From positions 53,444,001-53,508,000 of the forward strand of contig NC_043014.1 of NCBI RefSeq assembly GCF_006345805.1: 64,000 nt of DNA, in the 5' to 3' direction. A program made the position numbers and the translations under genes. Position 1 is the first letter of the stretch; every line of letters begins with the position of its first letter. Of the stretch, positions 21,410 to 34,298 are shown piece after piece. Below the pieces are notes generated by a model. The model saw only the letters and a list, made by a program, of their open reading frames with translations. It made no database searches and was not told where the DNA came from. Origin of the DNA: Octopus sinensis (taxonomy: Eukaryota).

Positions 21410-24400
21410 AATTTGGGCAGAAAACCAGCAATTTAGGAGAAGGGTTAGTGAATTAAATTGATCCAAGAGGGATGAGAAGCCTAATCAACCTTGATGGGAT
21501 TTGAACTCAGAATGTAAAGGCCTGGAAGATATTCTGCAGGATGCTTTGCTCAATGCTCTAATAATTCTGCCAATCAACTGTCCTTATTGCAAATAATTTC
21601 TGACTTAGGTAGAAGACCACAAATTATGGATAGGAAGAACCGGTTAAATCAAGCCAGCGATTTGACTGGTACTTATTTGATCGATTCCAGAACAATCAAA
21701 GACAAATTTGACACCAGAGGAATTTAAAATCAATAATAATAATAATAATCTTGGCTATATCATTCTAGAATTTTGAAATATCATTATCATTTTGTCAGAT
21801 TTTCTGAGCTGACAAGGTAGAGAACACCACCTTGCTCCCAAGTATCAGTTTTGGCAGGATTTCAATGGCTGGACATCTATCTTAATGCTTACCACTTTAC
21901 AGAGGCTATTAGGTACATTTTTTTCATGGCACCATAGTGTTACAGAACCTATCTTCCTCTCAGCAAAACCAAAGAGCCTGCTCAAGGCCTGCATTATTGC
22001 TGCTTGATATAATGCATTAACCAGCGGGTGTGTTTATTGCAGTAGCAACTCTGATAGGTTCGCTTTGTCGTTGATATGGCAAAGGAGAGGGCGCTGCCGA
22101 CACTGAAAGAAGACACAAGTCAATCAAGTGAAAAAAATATTGTAAAAATAAAAACAACAACAACAACAAAACATGACAGTGAGTATAATAAAAGAAAGAC
22201 AAAAATGAGAGGAACAACTTTTTACATAGGCCCAAGGCCCCTGATTTATAGAATAGACTGAAATGGGAAGTTGCATCATTCATTCCCACTTTTTGGGAAC
22301 GTATAAAGGTAACAGTTTTGTCTAGGTGAAGGTTATAATATTTTTCATTTTCTTTACATGGGCACAAAACTTTGTGAGTGTGTGATGGGAGAGGAATAGA
22401 GAAGTGGTGGCATTCATACTTTCTCACAAAGGAAATTTTGGCAATGCAAGTGAAAAATTACAATTATGAACATTGATGAAAATTACAGGGAAAAAAATGA
22501 CATTAAAAAAAATAATAATGATAAGCGAAGATGTTGGAACATTACAAAGATGGTATGATGATTATACAAGTTGATGAGGAACTGGTCAGATTGCAAGAGT
22601 CTTTGAGAAATAGAAGGGGGCAGGGAGGAAGAAAATAATACCCTCCTCACCCACAAAAAATTTAGTAGGGAAACTCAGATATGAGACTGAAAATTTTGGT
22701 TCATTTTATACAATGTCTTTCAGATTAAGTTGGTTTTTTTTTTTTTTAAGGAGGTATTTATGTAGAGTAGGGGATAAGCCCCTCCCCATCTATTTATAGA
22801 TTATAACATCTCACTAGCACCAAGCCATAAACCCAAATTACACCTCATTCAACTGTTTTCTCATCCCACATGTTAAAATGATAAAAAAAAGAAGTTAAAA
22901 AATAAAGAGGATGGGAGCAGATTTGGGATATTTTAAGGTTTCAAATTTGACAAGCAAAGAAAAAAAAGTTATAAATATGTTTTTTTTTTGTTTTCTGATC
23001 AACTCTAATTGAAATTGCAGCCAAGTTTTGGATTCTCATTTGCAGCCATTTCTCTTCACTTACATCACTAATGATCTCCGGTCTGGAAAGCCATAAATGT
23101 CACAACATCCTATTTTCTCATTCCCCAAACATTATTAGGTCAAATGGCAATATTTTATCAATTCTACACCCCCTTTTAAGTTCAGTTTTAGAAATTTGGG
23201 TTTTTGAACAATTTTTTCCCCCAGTTCAAATTCTGTTTTTGTCTTCTTTTTTTTTAAATTCACTTCCAGGTTTGTTTTAAATACTTGGTAAGAATATTTT
23301 TTTTTATAACTTGAATTTAATGTTTCAAAAAATTTTTTTTTCTTTTTTTCAAAATTAAACTGATATAAACTTCAAATTTTCTTATCACAAAAAAAAAAAA
23401 AAAAAAACTGGCTTTAGATTATGGTAACATTAATTGCAACAGTTTGACATTTAAAACTGATAAATAAAATTAAAATAAAGATAAATTGTAATTCCTATCT
23501 CTGGTAAAAGGAACACACAAAGCAAGAAGAAAGTGACAGAGTGAATCATCAGATTGTGTGTGTGTATATATATACATACATACGGACTCACACACACACA
23601 CACATATGATGATAATGATGATGGTGGTGGTGAACCAAAGGCTGGCTCATTTTGTTTTCTTGCTCTCACAATAAGATATGATTGATTAAACTTTTGTGTC
23701 CAATTCAGAGAAAGATTGAACTTCTCTAGTAATAATAATAATAATCCTAATAATCTCTACACAGGCACAAGGCTACACCTGTTGAGGTAGGGAGGGAACA
23801 GTTTAATGAAACTGTATTATTTGACTAGTACATATTATCGATCCCAGAAAGATGACAAGCAAAGTCAACTCTGATGTGATTTGAACTCATGATTGTAAAC
23901 GAATGCACACACTGCAATGTCTTAGGACAAGAATTTCTCGCATTGGCACAATTCCATGTTGGCAGAAAGGGGGTGGGGGTCATTGTCAATTGAATCAACC
24001 TCAGTACATGACTGGTATCTTCTTTTACCTTTCCATTTAATCAATGGGTGAAAAAGGGATTTGAACTCAGAACATAGCAAGACAATATCTTGCCCGACAG
24101 CTCACCCTTTCTGGCACTGCGACACCAATGACTCACAGAAGAAAAGAATTTCTTTTGGTTTCGCCCAAAATTTCAGGCCTTGTGCCACTGCTACACATCA
24201 TCATATTTCGGAAGAATCCCATTAAACCCCTTAAATACACTCAGCAGTTGTTGTTTACTTGCTTTTAGCCATGTTCCTAAAATTTTCATCAAACTTTTCC
24301 CCCATGACCTTTTTTGATGGGTTTCAATTCTCACTCAGGTCACAGAAAACAAAAATGTCACCAAAGACTTTTGGAATGGGAATAAAAAACAAAAAGTTGA

Positions 24401-26475
24401 CAGCAATTGGTGTGTTTTATATTATTTAATAGGATTCTTCCAAGATATAACAACAAAATTCTGATGATAGTTTGTAATGACAAGATGAGGCCTCCCGGTT
24501 CGAGTGGGGGGGGGGATTACAATTGATTTAATGCCAGTACTTGGATGGTCCTTGTTTTATTGATCCCAGGAGGGTGGAAAGCAAAGTTGGGCTCAACAGA
24601 ATCTGAACCAAACAAAATACCACAAGTTGCTGTTTGGTGCTCTACCAACTCTGCCAATAAAAAGAAATTTGTAACAGAGGCACAAGTCTGGAGGGGAGCA
24701 GGGGTGAAGGGAAGGGTAGGTGTAGCCAATTTAATCAACTTCAATACTTACAAGTTCTAAATTTTATCAACCATGTCAGGATAAAAAAAAAAGCAAAGAT
24801 AACCAGATTTAATAATTCTGTTCATTGAGCACCTTGGTGGCCCATTCCTAAAGAATGGGCCTCATTGAGAGAATCAACCCCCAGTATTATATACAGGAAC
24901 TCGTTTTAATCATCAGCACCCACCGAACCATGGAAGGCCAAATGATCCTCAATAGGACTTTTATATTCAGAGTGAAGACTGAATACCGCAGAGTATTTTG
25001 AGTAAAGTTCAGGCTGTGAGGAAATGAGTGATGGGTGGGCTGCTGTATGGATGCGCTTTGAGGAGGAGAAACAGTTTCAAAAGGGAGTAAAGTGGTTTGT
25101 TGTGAAGAAGAGATGGAGAATGTCTACTAATGGTACCAAATCTATGGTTTGGGATTTAGAAAGAAGGCCAGCAATGTTGACGGGAGGGATTTAGTCAATA
25201 TCACTGATCCCAGCACTTGTCTGGTGGAAGCTAAGCCTCAGCAGGATTTGAATTCAGAATGTAAAGAACCGGAAGAAAATCATAAAGCATTATGTCTGAT
25301 ATTCCACCAATTCTACCAATCCACTGCCCCAGTTACTGAATAAGCATCAAGTATTTAGTCTGGCTTTTAGCGATTATTTCTAGCACAATGAGTAAGCTGG
25401 TCTCTGTTGGTTTTAAAGGTGAGTGACCGGTTGTTTGACCAACTGACTTCTACAATCATTGAATGTACAAGTGGCTGAATATTCCACAGACACTTGTACT
25501 CTCAATATCCAATGATCCACTGTTTGTTTTAAAAGATGAGTATGGTGAGATTTGAGGAAGAATTGGCTGCTATTTTTACAAGTTGATGCTACCTCATCAA
25601 ATAAAGTCATTCTTAGTAGAGACTATTACCATTATGGCATTCTGTCAATTCACCATCACTGTGACCACCACCACTAAATATGTGGAATTTCTTATGTGAA
25701 CCATGAAACATACAATTTATAAGGGATGTAAAGTATGTTGGGCCAGGGGAAAGGGGGCACTGCTGAGTAAAATGCTATGTTTTTTAACCCCAAGTTAATT
25801 CTGATCAAAGTCATTCTAGCCACCATTCTGTCTTTTTTACATTATCCATTGTTCTTCCCATTTTTAAAGTTTGAAGGGGATTTGCCTTCCATTTGTAGCA
25901 GGTCAAGCAATCATTAATGCATATCTTTTGACTATGACATTAGCAATGTGGAAAATCAAAAGCAGAAACATAGATTTAGTTGTGTGAAAGAAGTTACTGC
26001 TATACGTTAGCAAAACACTCGAGTCCTGGTTGCTTACATTGGTAAAAGTTCAGTTTACGAAGGGATTAAACTGATTATCAATGCTGACCAAACCCAACCC
26101 ATTCACCTATACATCCATCCAGACCCTGGAAGGATGAAAGGCAATGTCAACTCTGGAGGGATATGATCTTTGAATCAACAGGGGTAAAACTAAATGTTAT
26201 AAGGTTTTATAATTTATGGCACTACTATTTCCAACCACCCTAATAATAATAATAATAATAAAATGCTGGCAGGCACAAGGCCAGCAAATTTGGGGGGGAG
26301 GGAGTTAAGTCGAGTACATCGACCCCAGTGTTCAGACTGGTGCTTATTTTATCGACCCTGAAAGGATGAAAGGCAAAGTTAACCTCAGCGGGATTTGAAC
26401 TCAGAATGTGAAGATGGACGAAATGCTGTGAAGCATTTGTTCTGGCCAACAATTCTGCCAGTTCGCTGCCTTATA
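21410..26475 (-). mobile_element. Cluster of about 10 type-C tRNA-SINEs, all on the minus strand
   Basis: Recurrent plus-strand pattern tacttattttatcgacc...gaaaggcaaagt..acct....ggatttgaactc at about 21415, 21600, 23760, 23940, 24505, 24680, 24870, 25165, 26070 and 26263 (best copy 26263-26471). Confidence 0.75.
21994..22102 (-). other. Candidate orphan terminal exon
   Basis: Long T-rich tract plus tgtgtcttctttcAG acceptor (22103-22104), followed by CpG-rich sequence. Phase 0 gives CRQRPLLCHINDKANLSELLLQ* with the TAA inside AATAAA (22033-22038). Another frame gives VGSALSFAISTTKRTYQSCYCNKHTRWLMHYIKQQ*. No homology recognised. Confidence 0.35.
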
Positions 26476-26879
26476 TGGTAATAATAATAAGAAGAAGAAG
26501 ACAAAGAAAAATGGTGATAGTAGTGATAATGATAAAAAGGTTTACTTGGCATCATTATAATTGGTTTTAAGAAAAAAAAATGGAAAGAACTTAAAAAAAA
26601 ATACTAATAATTATTATTATTAATAATAATAATAATAATGATAATAGCAATCTACAGTGTTTCTAATTTCATCAAAAGTTTAATACAAACAAACAGCAGC
26701 TTCTAACCTAGTTTGCTTGTGTATGTATATGTATACATACATACATGTATATACACGGGTGTGTATATATATCATACACGATAAATATGTATACACGCAC
26801 ACACACACACACACACTCGCACTCACACTGAGTATGTGAGTGCAGTTATTTTATGAGTGAATGGTGATTTCTTCATGAT

Positions 26880-28475
26880 TCAGAAAGTTGTCCCTGTGAT
26901 GCCATCTTCACGAATATCTTCAGCAATATCTTCACCACTCACACCCCATAAGGACTCGGCAACGTCTCGGAATATCTTCACCATCTCACTACGTGGTATG
27001 GCCTTCTTCACGGTTGGCTGGTTTCCAGAATGTTTGCTGCTGTTACTATTGTTGTTGTTGCTGCTGCTGCAGTTGTTGTTGATATTGCTGCTGCTGTTGT
27101 TGAGATTGATATTGTTATTGCAAGTGATGATGTTGTTGTTGTTGGTGTTCATGGCAGTTCCGCTGCCGCTGTTCCTTCTGAAAGTCTTTTCGTTCGCAGA
27201 CAGGGAGGCCATCACCTCGGACACCGTGTGGTTCGGAGAGACGTGCTGCATTGGATCCTTATCAATGATCATGTGTTTGTTGTTCTTGTGAGAGTAGGTC
27301 GGCTGCAGGTCGGGGGAGGAGCGGATGCCAGAATGCTGCTGCTGTGATTGTTGCATGTGGTAATGGTTGTGGTTGTGTGCAGCAATCGTGTTCGTCGTGG
27401 ATAGCTGGTGGTGTTGCTGTGGTGATGGGGAATGCGACGGAGAGACGGACGACGACGACGATGCTGGGGAGTTCTCGTTCATGTGATGGATATTGTTGCC
27501 AGGAGACATAAACAGCCTGCCCATGGCAGCAGCATCTAATTCGGCAGAGTGAGTTGCCATGTGAGCCGAGAGCAGCGAGGACTGAGGGAACGACCTGTGG
27601 CACAGGTAGCAGGTGTAAGGTTTCTGCCCAGAGTGCACAGTCATATGTAACGCCAAATTAGAAGAATTGGTAAAAGCCTTTCCGCAAACTTTACATATAA
27701 AAATTTTATCTCCACAATGTGTTCTCATGTGAGTTGCAAGGTGGGCCGACTGGGAGAAGGTTTTATCACAAACATCACACCGGAATGGTTTCTCACCTGA
27801 ATGTGTCCGCAAATGCATAGACAAATTGGAAGAGATGGAAAAAGATTTATAACAAATGTCGCACTTGAATGGCTTTTCCCCAGAATGAATTCTAACATGG
27901 CGTGACAATGCTGAAGAATCTGAAAAGGCCTTGTAGCACTCTGGGCATTGATAAGGTTTCTCTCCAGAATGGATACGCTTGTGGGTGGCAAGGTTTGACA
28001 GTTGGGTGAACGACTTGTCGCAGACATTGCAAGAAAACGGCTTCTCGCCCGAATGAACACGCATATGAATAGCAAGATCTGAAGAACGTGAAAAAGTCTT
28101 ATCACAAAGGTGACAGGTGAGCACTTTCTTGCCCAAGTGCTGCATTTGTACATGCTCTGCAAGAGTGCATTGGTCGTGAAATATCTCTTGGCAGTAAATG
28201 CATTTCAAATTGAGAACATGCGAAGGAGAAGTCGACAGGTTCAATAGAGATGTCTTTTTGGATATGTTATTCTGCTGCTGCTGCTGATGCTGATGCTGCT
28301 GTTGTCGTTGCTGCAATTGTTGCTGCTGATGCTGCTGTTGCTGGTGGTGTTGTTGTTGTTGTTGCTGTTGCGAACAAGCCCTGAAGAAAGCTTCTCTGGC
28401 ATGGTGAGCTTCATGAAGCATCAAATCCGACTTTTGGTTAAAAATCTTTGAACAAAAGTTACATTTGAAACCCAT
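26880..28475 (-). CDS. C2H2 (Kruppel-type) zinc-finger protein, 531 aa, 9 fingers, polyQ/H tract, S/H/N-rich C-terminus
   Basis: Intact ORF with an in-frame TGA 6 nt upstream of the ATG. Finger 1 at aa 3-25, polyQ aa 36-68, finger 2 aa 90-113, seven tandem fingers aa 119-309 with linkers SGEKP (x4), CGDKI and SGQKP. Specific orthologue not recognised. Confidence 0.93.
   Translation of the reverse strand: MGFKCNFCSKIFNQKSDLMLHEAHHAREAFFRACSQQQQQQQHHQQQQHQQQQLQQRQQQHQHQQQQQNNISKKTSLLNLSTSPSHVLNLKCIYCQEIFHDQCTLAEHVQMQHLGKKVLTCHLCDKTFSRSSDLAIHMRVHSGEKPFSCNVCDKSFTQLSNLATHKRIHSGEKPYQCPECYKAFSDSSALSRHVRIHSGEKPFKCDICYKSFSISSNLSMHLRTHSGEKPFRCDVCDKTFSQSAHLATHMRTHCGDKIFICKVCGKAFTNSSNLALHMTVHSGQKPYTCYLCHRSFPQSSLLSAHMATHSAELDAAAMGRLFMSPGNNIHHMNENSPASSSSSVSPSHSPSPQQHHQLSTTNTIAAHNHNHYHMQQSQQQHSGIRSSPDLQPTYSHKNNKHMIIDKDPMQHVSPNHTVSEVMASLSANEKTFRRNSGSGTAMNTNNNNIITCNNNINLNNSSSNINNNCSSSNNNNSNSSKHSGNQPTVKKAIPRSEMVKIFRDVAESLWGVSGEDIAEDIREDGITGTTF
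28272..28370 (-). repeat. Coding polyglutamine/histidine tract (33 codons, mixed CAA/CAG/CAC/CAT)
   Basis: QQQQQQQHHQQQQHQQQQLQQRQQQHQHQQQQQ within the ZNF ORF. Confidence 0.95.
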
Positions 28476-28738
28476 CCTTCAAAGTCTTAGACACAACAGT
28501 TTAAAACAGACAATCAATCTTCAGATAAACACACCAGAGTCTAAGTCAGACACAACCGTCTTAACTAGACACAGAGCTTTTGAAGGGACTCACTCTATTC
28601 TTGAAGATTCATAGGCAAAAAAAAAAGTTATTCCCCAAAATCAAAAAAAAAAAATTGGGGGAAGGAATGTTAGAACTGATAATTTTAAGAATTTAAGGTT
28701 TGAATATTCCACAAGACGTCAGCAAATTTTGACAGCAC

Positions 28739-28775
28739 CTGGAATAGAAAAGAAAAAGAGAAATATTAGAGAAAA
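28739..28775 (-). promoter_or_regulatory. 3' splice acceptor of the ZNF coding exon (5'UTR intron)
   Basis: Minus strand reads atttctctttttcttttctattcCAG|GTGCTG, 263 nt upstream of the ATG. This implies an upstream non-coding exon. Confidence 0.7.
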
Positions 28776-31700
28776 ATCTCTTAATATTAATTCAGAAATA
28801 GAAACGAAATTTAAAACTGAATATTTCTGTCTATCTTCATCTGATATCAGTCCTACTTCATTTTGCCTGTTAAAATTTGGTTTAACTTTTGGTCAATTAT
28901 AATGAAAGGGGTCAAGCTTTAACCAGCCTGCCACTTACCAGGCATGTTGTAGATCTAATGAAGCCTAGCCTTTTTTTCAGCAGATTTGGCTGTTATTTCT
29001 TGCAAGTCAGCAACAGGCTCATCTTAAGTGAAAATAGTTTGGAAAGATATATATTTTCCCTTATATATCCTACCTTCGTTATGAAGGTTAACGATAAGAA
29101 ATTCCAGAAGCTATCATATCAATTTCTTATAATGATTTAGAGGAGACAGGGTAGAAGCCATAACATTGACCAGGGTCTGAGACTGGGGAAGGAAGTTATG
29201 TGGGGGCTAAAGACACGGCCTTGATACCAACACAGGTTATCTCTTAAACCCAGGCAGTAGATTAAATCTACCAAACAAGAACAGACAATTTCCACTGAGA
29301 TCAACCCAGACAGAAAACATGGACTGAAGGGGTAGTGCAGCAGAATTGAACCTAAAGCCAGATGTAGTTACTACAAAGCCAACTTCTTAAACTGCACAAC
29401 CATACCAGTCTCAATCAGTAGCAAAGACTGTGTGTGTGTGCAATCCATTTGGTGTTGGTCAGCTTGAGAAAGCCACTTCCTTGCAGAGTTATAGCCATAT
29501 TGATAGAAATAATACGACTCAGGTGGTTTTGGGTATATTTACTCCACTGGTTTTGGGTTCCAATTCACTGCAGCTGCTTTGTTGCACATTGGAGCTGTTC
29601 ACATCCTGTCATTATCACAGTGTTCTGCCTAGGGGTAAGGCAGTTACTATAGCAACAGGAGTCACCGGTAGGACTCCTACTCCAACAACATCCATATATA
29701 TTTCTACAAAACTGGTGATTCTTAACCACTACACAGAATTGCTCACTGTTAACATCTTAGGCAACAATTTCTGAGTGTCTTCAGAAAAATGACATGAAGC
29801 AATCTTGCAAGTTATGTGGTGACCTCACCAGTGCCATGTAAAAGGTACCCAGTCTACCCTGTAACGTGGTTGGCATTGAAAAGGTCATCCAGCTATAAAA
29901 ATCATACAAAAGTAGAGAGTGGAACTTGATGCAGTCCTCTGGCTTACCAGCTCCAGTCAAACCATCCAACCCTTCACGCCAGTCTATCAAAACAGACATT
30001 AAACGATGATGATGATGATGAATAAATTGAGCAGTGACAGAATGACGGGAAAGCTTCATACAATATACGACAAGTACTGAGTAGTCTTTCTCTCAATTGT
30101 TAAACCAAAAATGTGTGTGTGTCTGTATGTTAAGCTACACACACACACACAAGACGTAACTGTGTCAGTTAAGAAGTTCAGTTTCCCCTTCAAAACATGC
30201 CTTCATTTGTGGCCTTACTGCATCATGACCAAGTCCCTTTTACTATGGTGTTAGGCTGACCAATGCCTTGATAGTGAAATTTAGATGAAAAGTGAACGGA
30301 AGCCAGTCATGTGTTTGTGCCCAGTACCTAATTCTTAGGATTCCAACCTAAAAGAGGGGAAAAATACCCGAAAACCTATCACTAATAGGCAGTGAGTGAT
30401 CTCCTATATGGCTGCTTAAACTGCTAGAAATAGCAGGCAAATCTCCCTTAAAGTGAATCATCATCATCATCTTCAATAATGAAAGACATACTGGATAATG
30501 TAATTCTAGATTTCCTTAAATAGAGAAGGCCATGGTTGGAATCGAAGTTGATCTGGTGCTACACAATATTCCATTCAGAAGCAAAACCATTTATGTCTTG
30601 AAATGTCAATGAATTTTGGGAATTTAGTGTTCCACAAAACAAAGAATTATCTGGAAATTCAGATTTTCCATTCCTCACAACAACCAAACTTTATCAATTC
30701 CTACAAATTTTCTCTGAAATTTATTACCAAACATCATTGTTACTGTTGTAGACTTTTACCCCTTGTCTTGGATTCTGCATTTCTTTTTGAATTAAACATT
30801 AATAACCATGATGTTGCCAGCAGTTTAACTATCTCTCTCTCTCTCACACACACAAAGAAAGAAAGAAAGAAAGGGTTGCAAACAGATCACATTCACAATT
30901 TTACAACAATTCGAGAAATGAAAAATAACTTGAAAGAATTGTCTGGGATAACACAGTAACTGCAGCTAGCTTCGAACCCTCATTCTTTGACACTACATGG
31001 AAAACGTCCTCCAAACACCCAGACATCTCTTCCTCTCTTTCATTTGCTCCCCGCCCCTGCACCCTAAAGCCACAATCTGTCCCAGTTGGCTCAGACACAC
31101 AGACACACAGAAATAGTTGCAGCATCAACAGCCTCGCTAATCCCAAACACCAAGAATAAATGTCAAGCCACAGAAACCCTTTTACTTGTCACTCACTGGG
31201 GTCATCACCAGAATCTACAGATTATACAGGAATAGACTGGACAGTGGGAAAAGTTGTTCTATGTCCTGAGTGTCACACTCAACCGTGTACAATTCATCAG
31301 TGCAAGCCAGAATATGCAGGAGAGGCATAAATGCGGATATGAATCTGTGAGAAAACAAATTCCTTCAAACGCATCCTGTACTCTTAAAAAGAGAAAGGAC
31401 ACATCAGACTATGTAGCTCCTAATATACAAGAGAATGGTCATGGCTGGAATGTCTGATGAAAAGTTTGCTTAATTACATCTGACCTGGGGTTATACAACA
31501 CCAGCAACTGTACAACAAATACTCTGAAACCAGAATACAGAATGACAAACTAATCTGTATTGTTGTCTCTGTTGGAACAGAGGCATTTGTGAGTTGGTCC
31601 AACACGTTCTTTACATGCAGAGAAGATCACCTGTCAAATGTGTCTAACGCTGAGCGACATAACAAAATGTATCCAGTCCATGATGTACGATGGGTAGGTT

Positions 31701-32046
31701 GTTCATCAGTAAACAAATACATCAAAAGAGAAACACACAACAACAAAAGCAGATTGGCCGCTTGTCTTTCCATATCAGCCGACAAATTAGAAACACTGTG
31801 CTGAGGCAGACATTGTACCAGTGGGGCCAGTGGGGTCTAATGAAATGCACACTGGCCATATTGTGAACTGGTCAGCAATAGGAAAAGACACCTTGCTTTA
31901 AAAGAATGAGACAGCAACAAAGCTTGCTGGGTTTCTCTGTTGTGTCAATAAAAAAAAATGACTACAAGAAAAGGTGAGGTTCTCTGCTGGGGCGGATATG
32001 TCCAGGGCACATCAGCAAGAAAAATGGGAAACAGAGATACAAAATG

Positions 32047-32385
32047 ATGATTAAGCTTGCTTCCCAACCCCGTGGTTCTGGGTTCAGACCCATTGCATTG
32101 CACCTTGGGCAAGTGTCTTAGCCATGGACTGACAAAAGCTTTGTAAGTAGATGTGGTAGATGGAAACTGAAGGAAGCCTATCGTGTGTGATTGTCTTTGT
32201 CCTCTACCACTGCTTGACATCCCCGTAACTTAGCAGTTTGGCAAAAGTAACTGACAGAATAAGTACCAGGCTATAAAGATAAGCACTGGTGGGGGGGGGG
32301 GGTCAATGCATGACTTAAATTCTTCAAGGTGGTGCCCCAGCATGGCCACTGCAGTCAAATGATGGAAACAAGTAACAGATTAAAA
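32047..32385 (+). mobile_element. tRNA-SINE head B with alternative (non-RTE) tail
   Basis: aagcttgcttcccaacc..ggttcagaccc..ccttgggcaagtgtctt...ccccgtaacttagc...aataagtacc...ggtgccccagcatggcc..gcagtcaaatga. Confidence 0.75.
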
Positions 32386-32535
32386 AATACTTGTTAAATT
32401 GTTTTAGAAAAGCTTGTAACAACAGCAAACGCATAACACAGAGGCTTCTGTTATAAGAGACGATGATCGAATCTAACCCAATTTAGTTTTCAGATTTCAT
32501 TTTACATAAAATGATTAATTTCACATGAATTAATA

Positions 32536-32572
<37 letters not shown>

Positions 32573-34029
32573 TATTTTATATTTTATAAAATATATTAAT
32601 AGATAATTTCACTTTCTAAAAAATATATTGACATAATAATAATAATAATAATAATAATAATCTGAAAAAAATAAAAGTTTTATTTATTACATTGTAGTTT
32701 TTTCTTGGGGAAAACTTTGCAGCCTGTCACCCTGGATTCACACTTCTTTAATATTGATTTTGATTAAAAAAATGTAACCAATTTCCAGTGAGAGAGAGTG
32801 TGTGTGCGAGAGAGACTGATGTGTGTGTGTGTATGAGAGAGAGAGGTGGGTATTGTGTGATATAAGAGACTGGTTGTAAGATGTTTAGAAAAATAAAACA
32901 AGAATGACTATATATGTACATATATTTAAAAGTGACTATCATCATCATCGTTACTTTAATGTCTATTTTTCCATGTTTGCATGGGACAAGAGAGACTACA
33001 CTAGGACGGTGGGGGTTGGAGGTTGGATGCCCTTCCTGATGCAAATACTCAACTGTTTCCAAGCAAGATAATAATACTCTCTCAGTGTATTGAACACCAA
33101 AAGCCCAGACATGGCTACATGCTGGATTGAAAACAAACAACATTATTACATGAACAGTGTGTTTCGTTTACAAACAACAAACACATGAAGAGGAAGGGAA
33201 ACTCACTCACACACACACACAATGGCCTGCATCTATTCCACTCACAAGGTATTGGTCAAGCCATGGCCACACAAGGAGACACCGACGGACAGCAGGCATG
33301 CAGTGAAACCAATTCTTAACCATTTGGTTCTGAAACTAACTTCTTTGTCAGACACCAACAATTCAAATTGTAGAAAAAAAAAAAAAAGCTTTCAAGTGAA
33401 ATGGTCAGAAGAAAAATCAAATTTTAGTTTTGTCTGGATTATTCTAGAGAAATGGATTTCAGTTTGAATCAGAGAAAGAACTAAACGCATTCACCATTCC
33501 ACACATCAAGATTATTGGCCATGCAAAGAGCTTCCCATAAACTGGAAGAATTCAGTCACTCAGACAATAAACTTTATTTCAATATATCTCTGTTCAATCA
33601 TTATTGACTAAACAAGTGAGTCAACAAGAAAACCTATGCAGTCACTTGATCTGCTAAAAGCAGGAGTTAACTCTTCCTCCCTCCCTCCCTCATATTACTG
33701 TATAGACTAAAAAAAACAAAAATAAAAGAACACACTGTATAATTTACTTTTGAGCAAAGTTATAAAATGTTTAACACAGGATGGTCATAGCTGGATTGTT
33801 TTTGATCATAACTGACCCACAATTATTATCCACATTGTTCCATAAGTTTTGGTTAGTGACATAGGTGATGTTTCAAATGGTGTCCAGCACTCTACAGATT
33901 CATCCATCTATACTCCTAAATTCTCTTATCTAACCAAAACCCATCTCCTAACATCAACCAATGCATCCAGAACTCTCAACTTTTACCTATCAGCAAATTT
34001 ATTTCTAATAAAAAAAAAAACAATGTCTT

Positions 34030-34298
34030 TCAATTTAGTTTTGAAAATCACCAAGAATTTAGTGAGATTTGGTAAAATAATCAACTGCAATTAGTGTCAC
34101 TTTGTGACAAAAATTATGGTATAGAATTGGTTGAGAACATTTCATTAAATTATCTTCCAAAATTCACGTTAATATATTGATAAATAAAAAAGTTATAGTT
34201 GTTTAATGAAACCAGACTAAATTTATGATTATGTTAGAAATTAATTGAAACACATAAGGGGTGTATTTTGGTCAGAAATATAGTAACGAAAGGGTTAA
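34030..34298. mobile_element. piggyBac-like non-autonomous element, one intact terminus
   Basis: Ends ...aaatatagtaacgaaAGGG|TTAA (TTAA-CCCT terminus on the minus strand). The matching opposite terminus is not visible. Confidence 0.45.

Noticed and set aside
26857-28162. Overlapping ORFs on the ZNF exon (26857-27291 +, 27030-27347 +, 27262-27603 -, 27725-28162 -)
   Set aside because: Shadow frames caused by trinucleotide repeats and ZNF codon bias. No independent protein signal.
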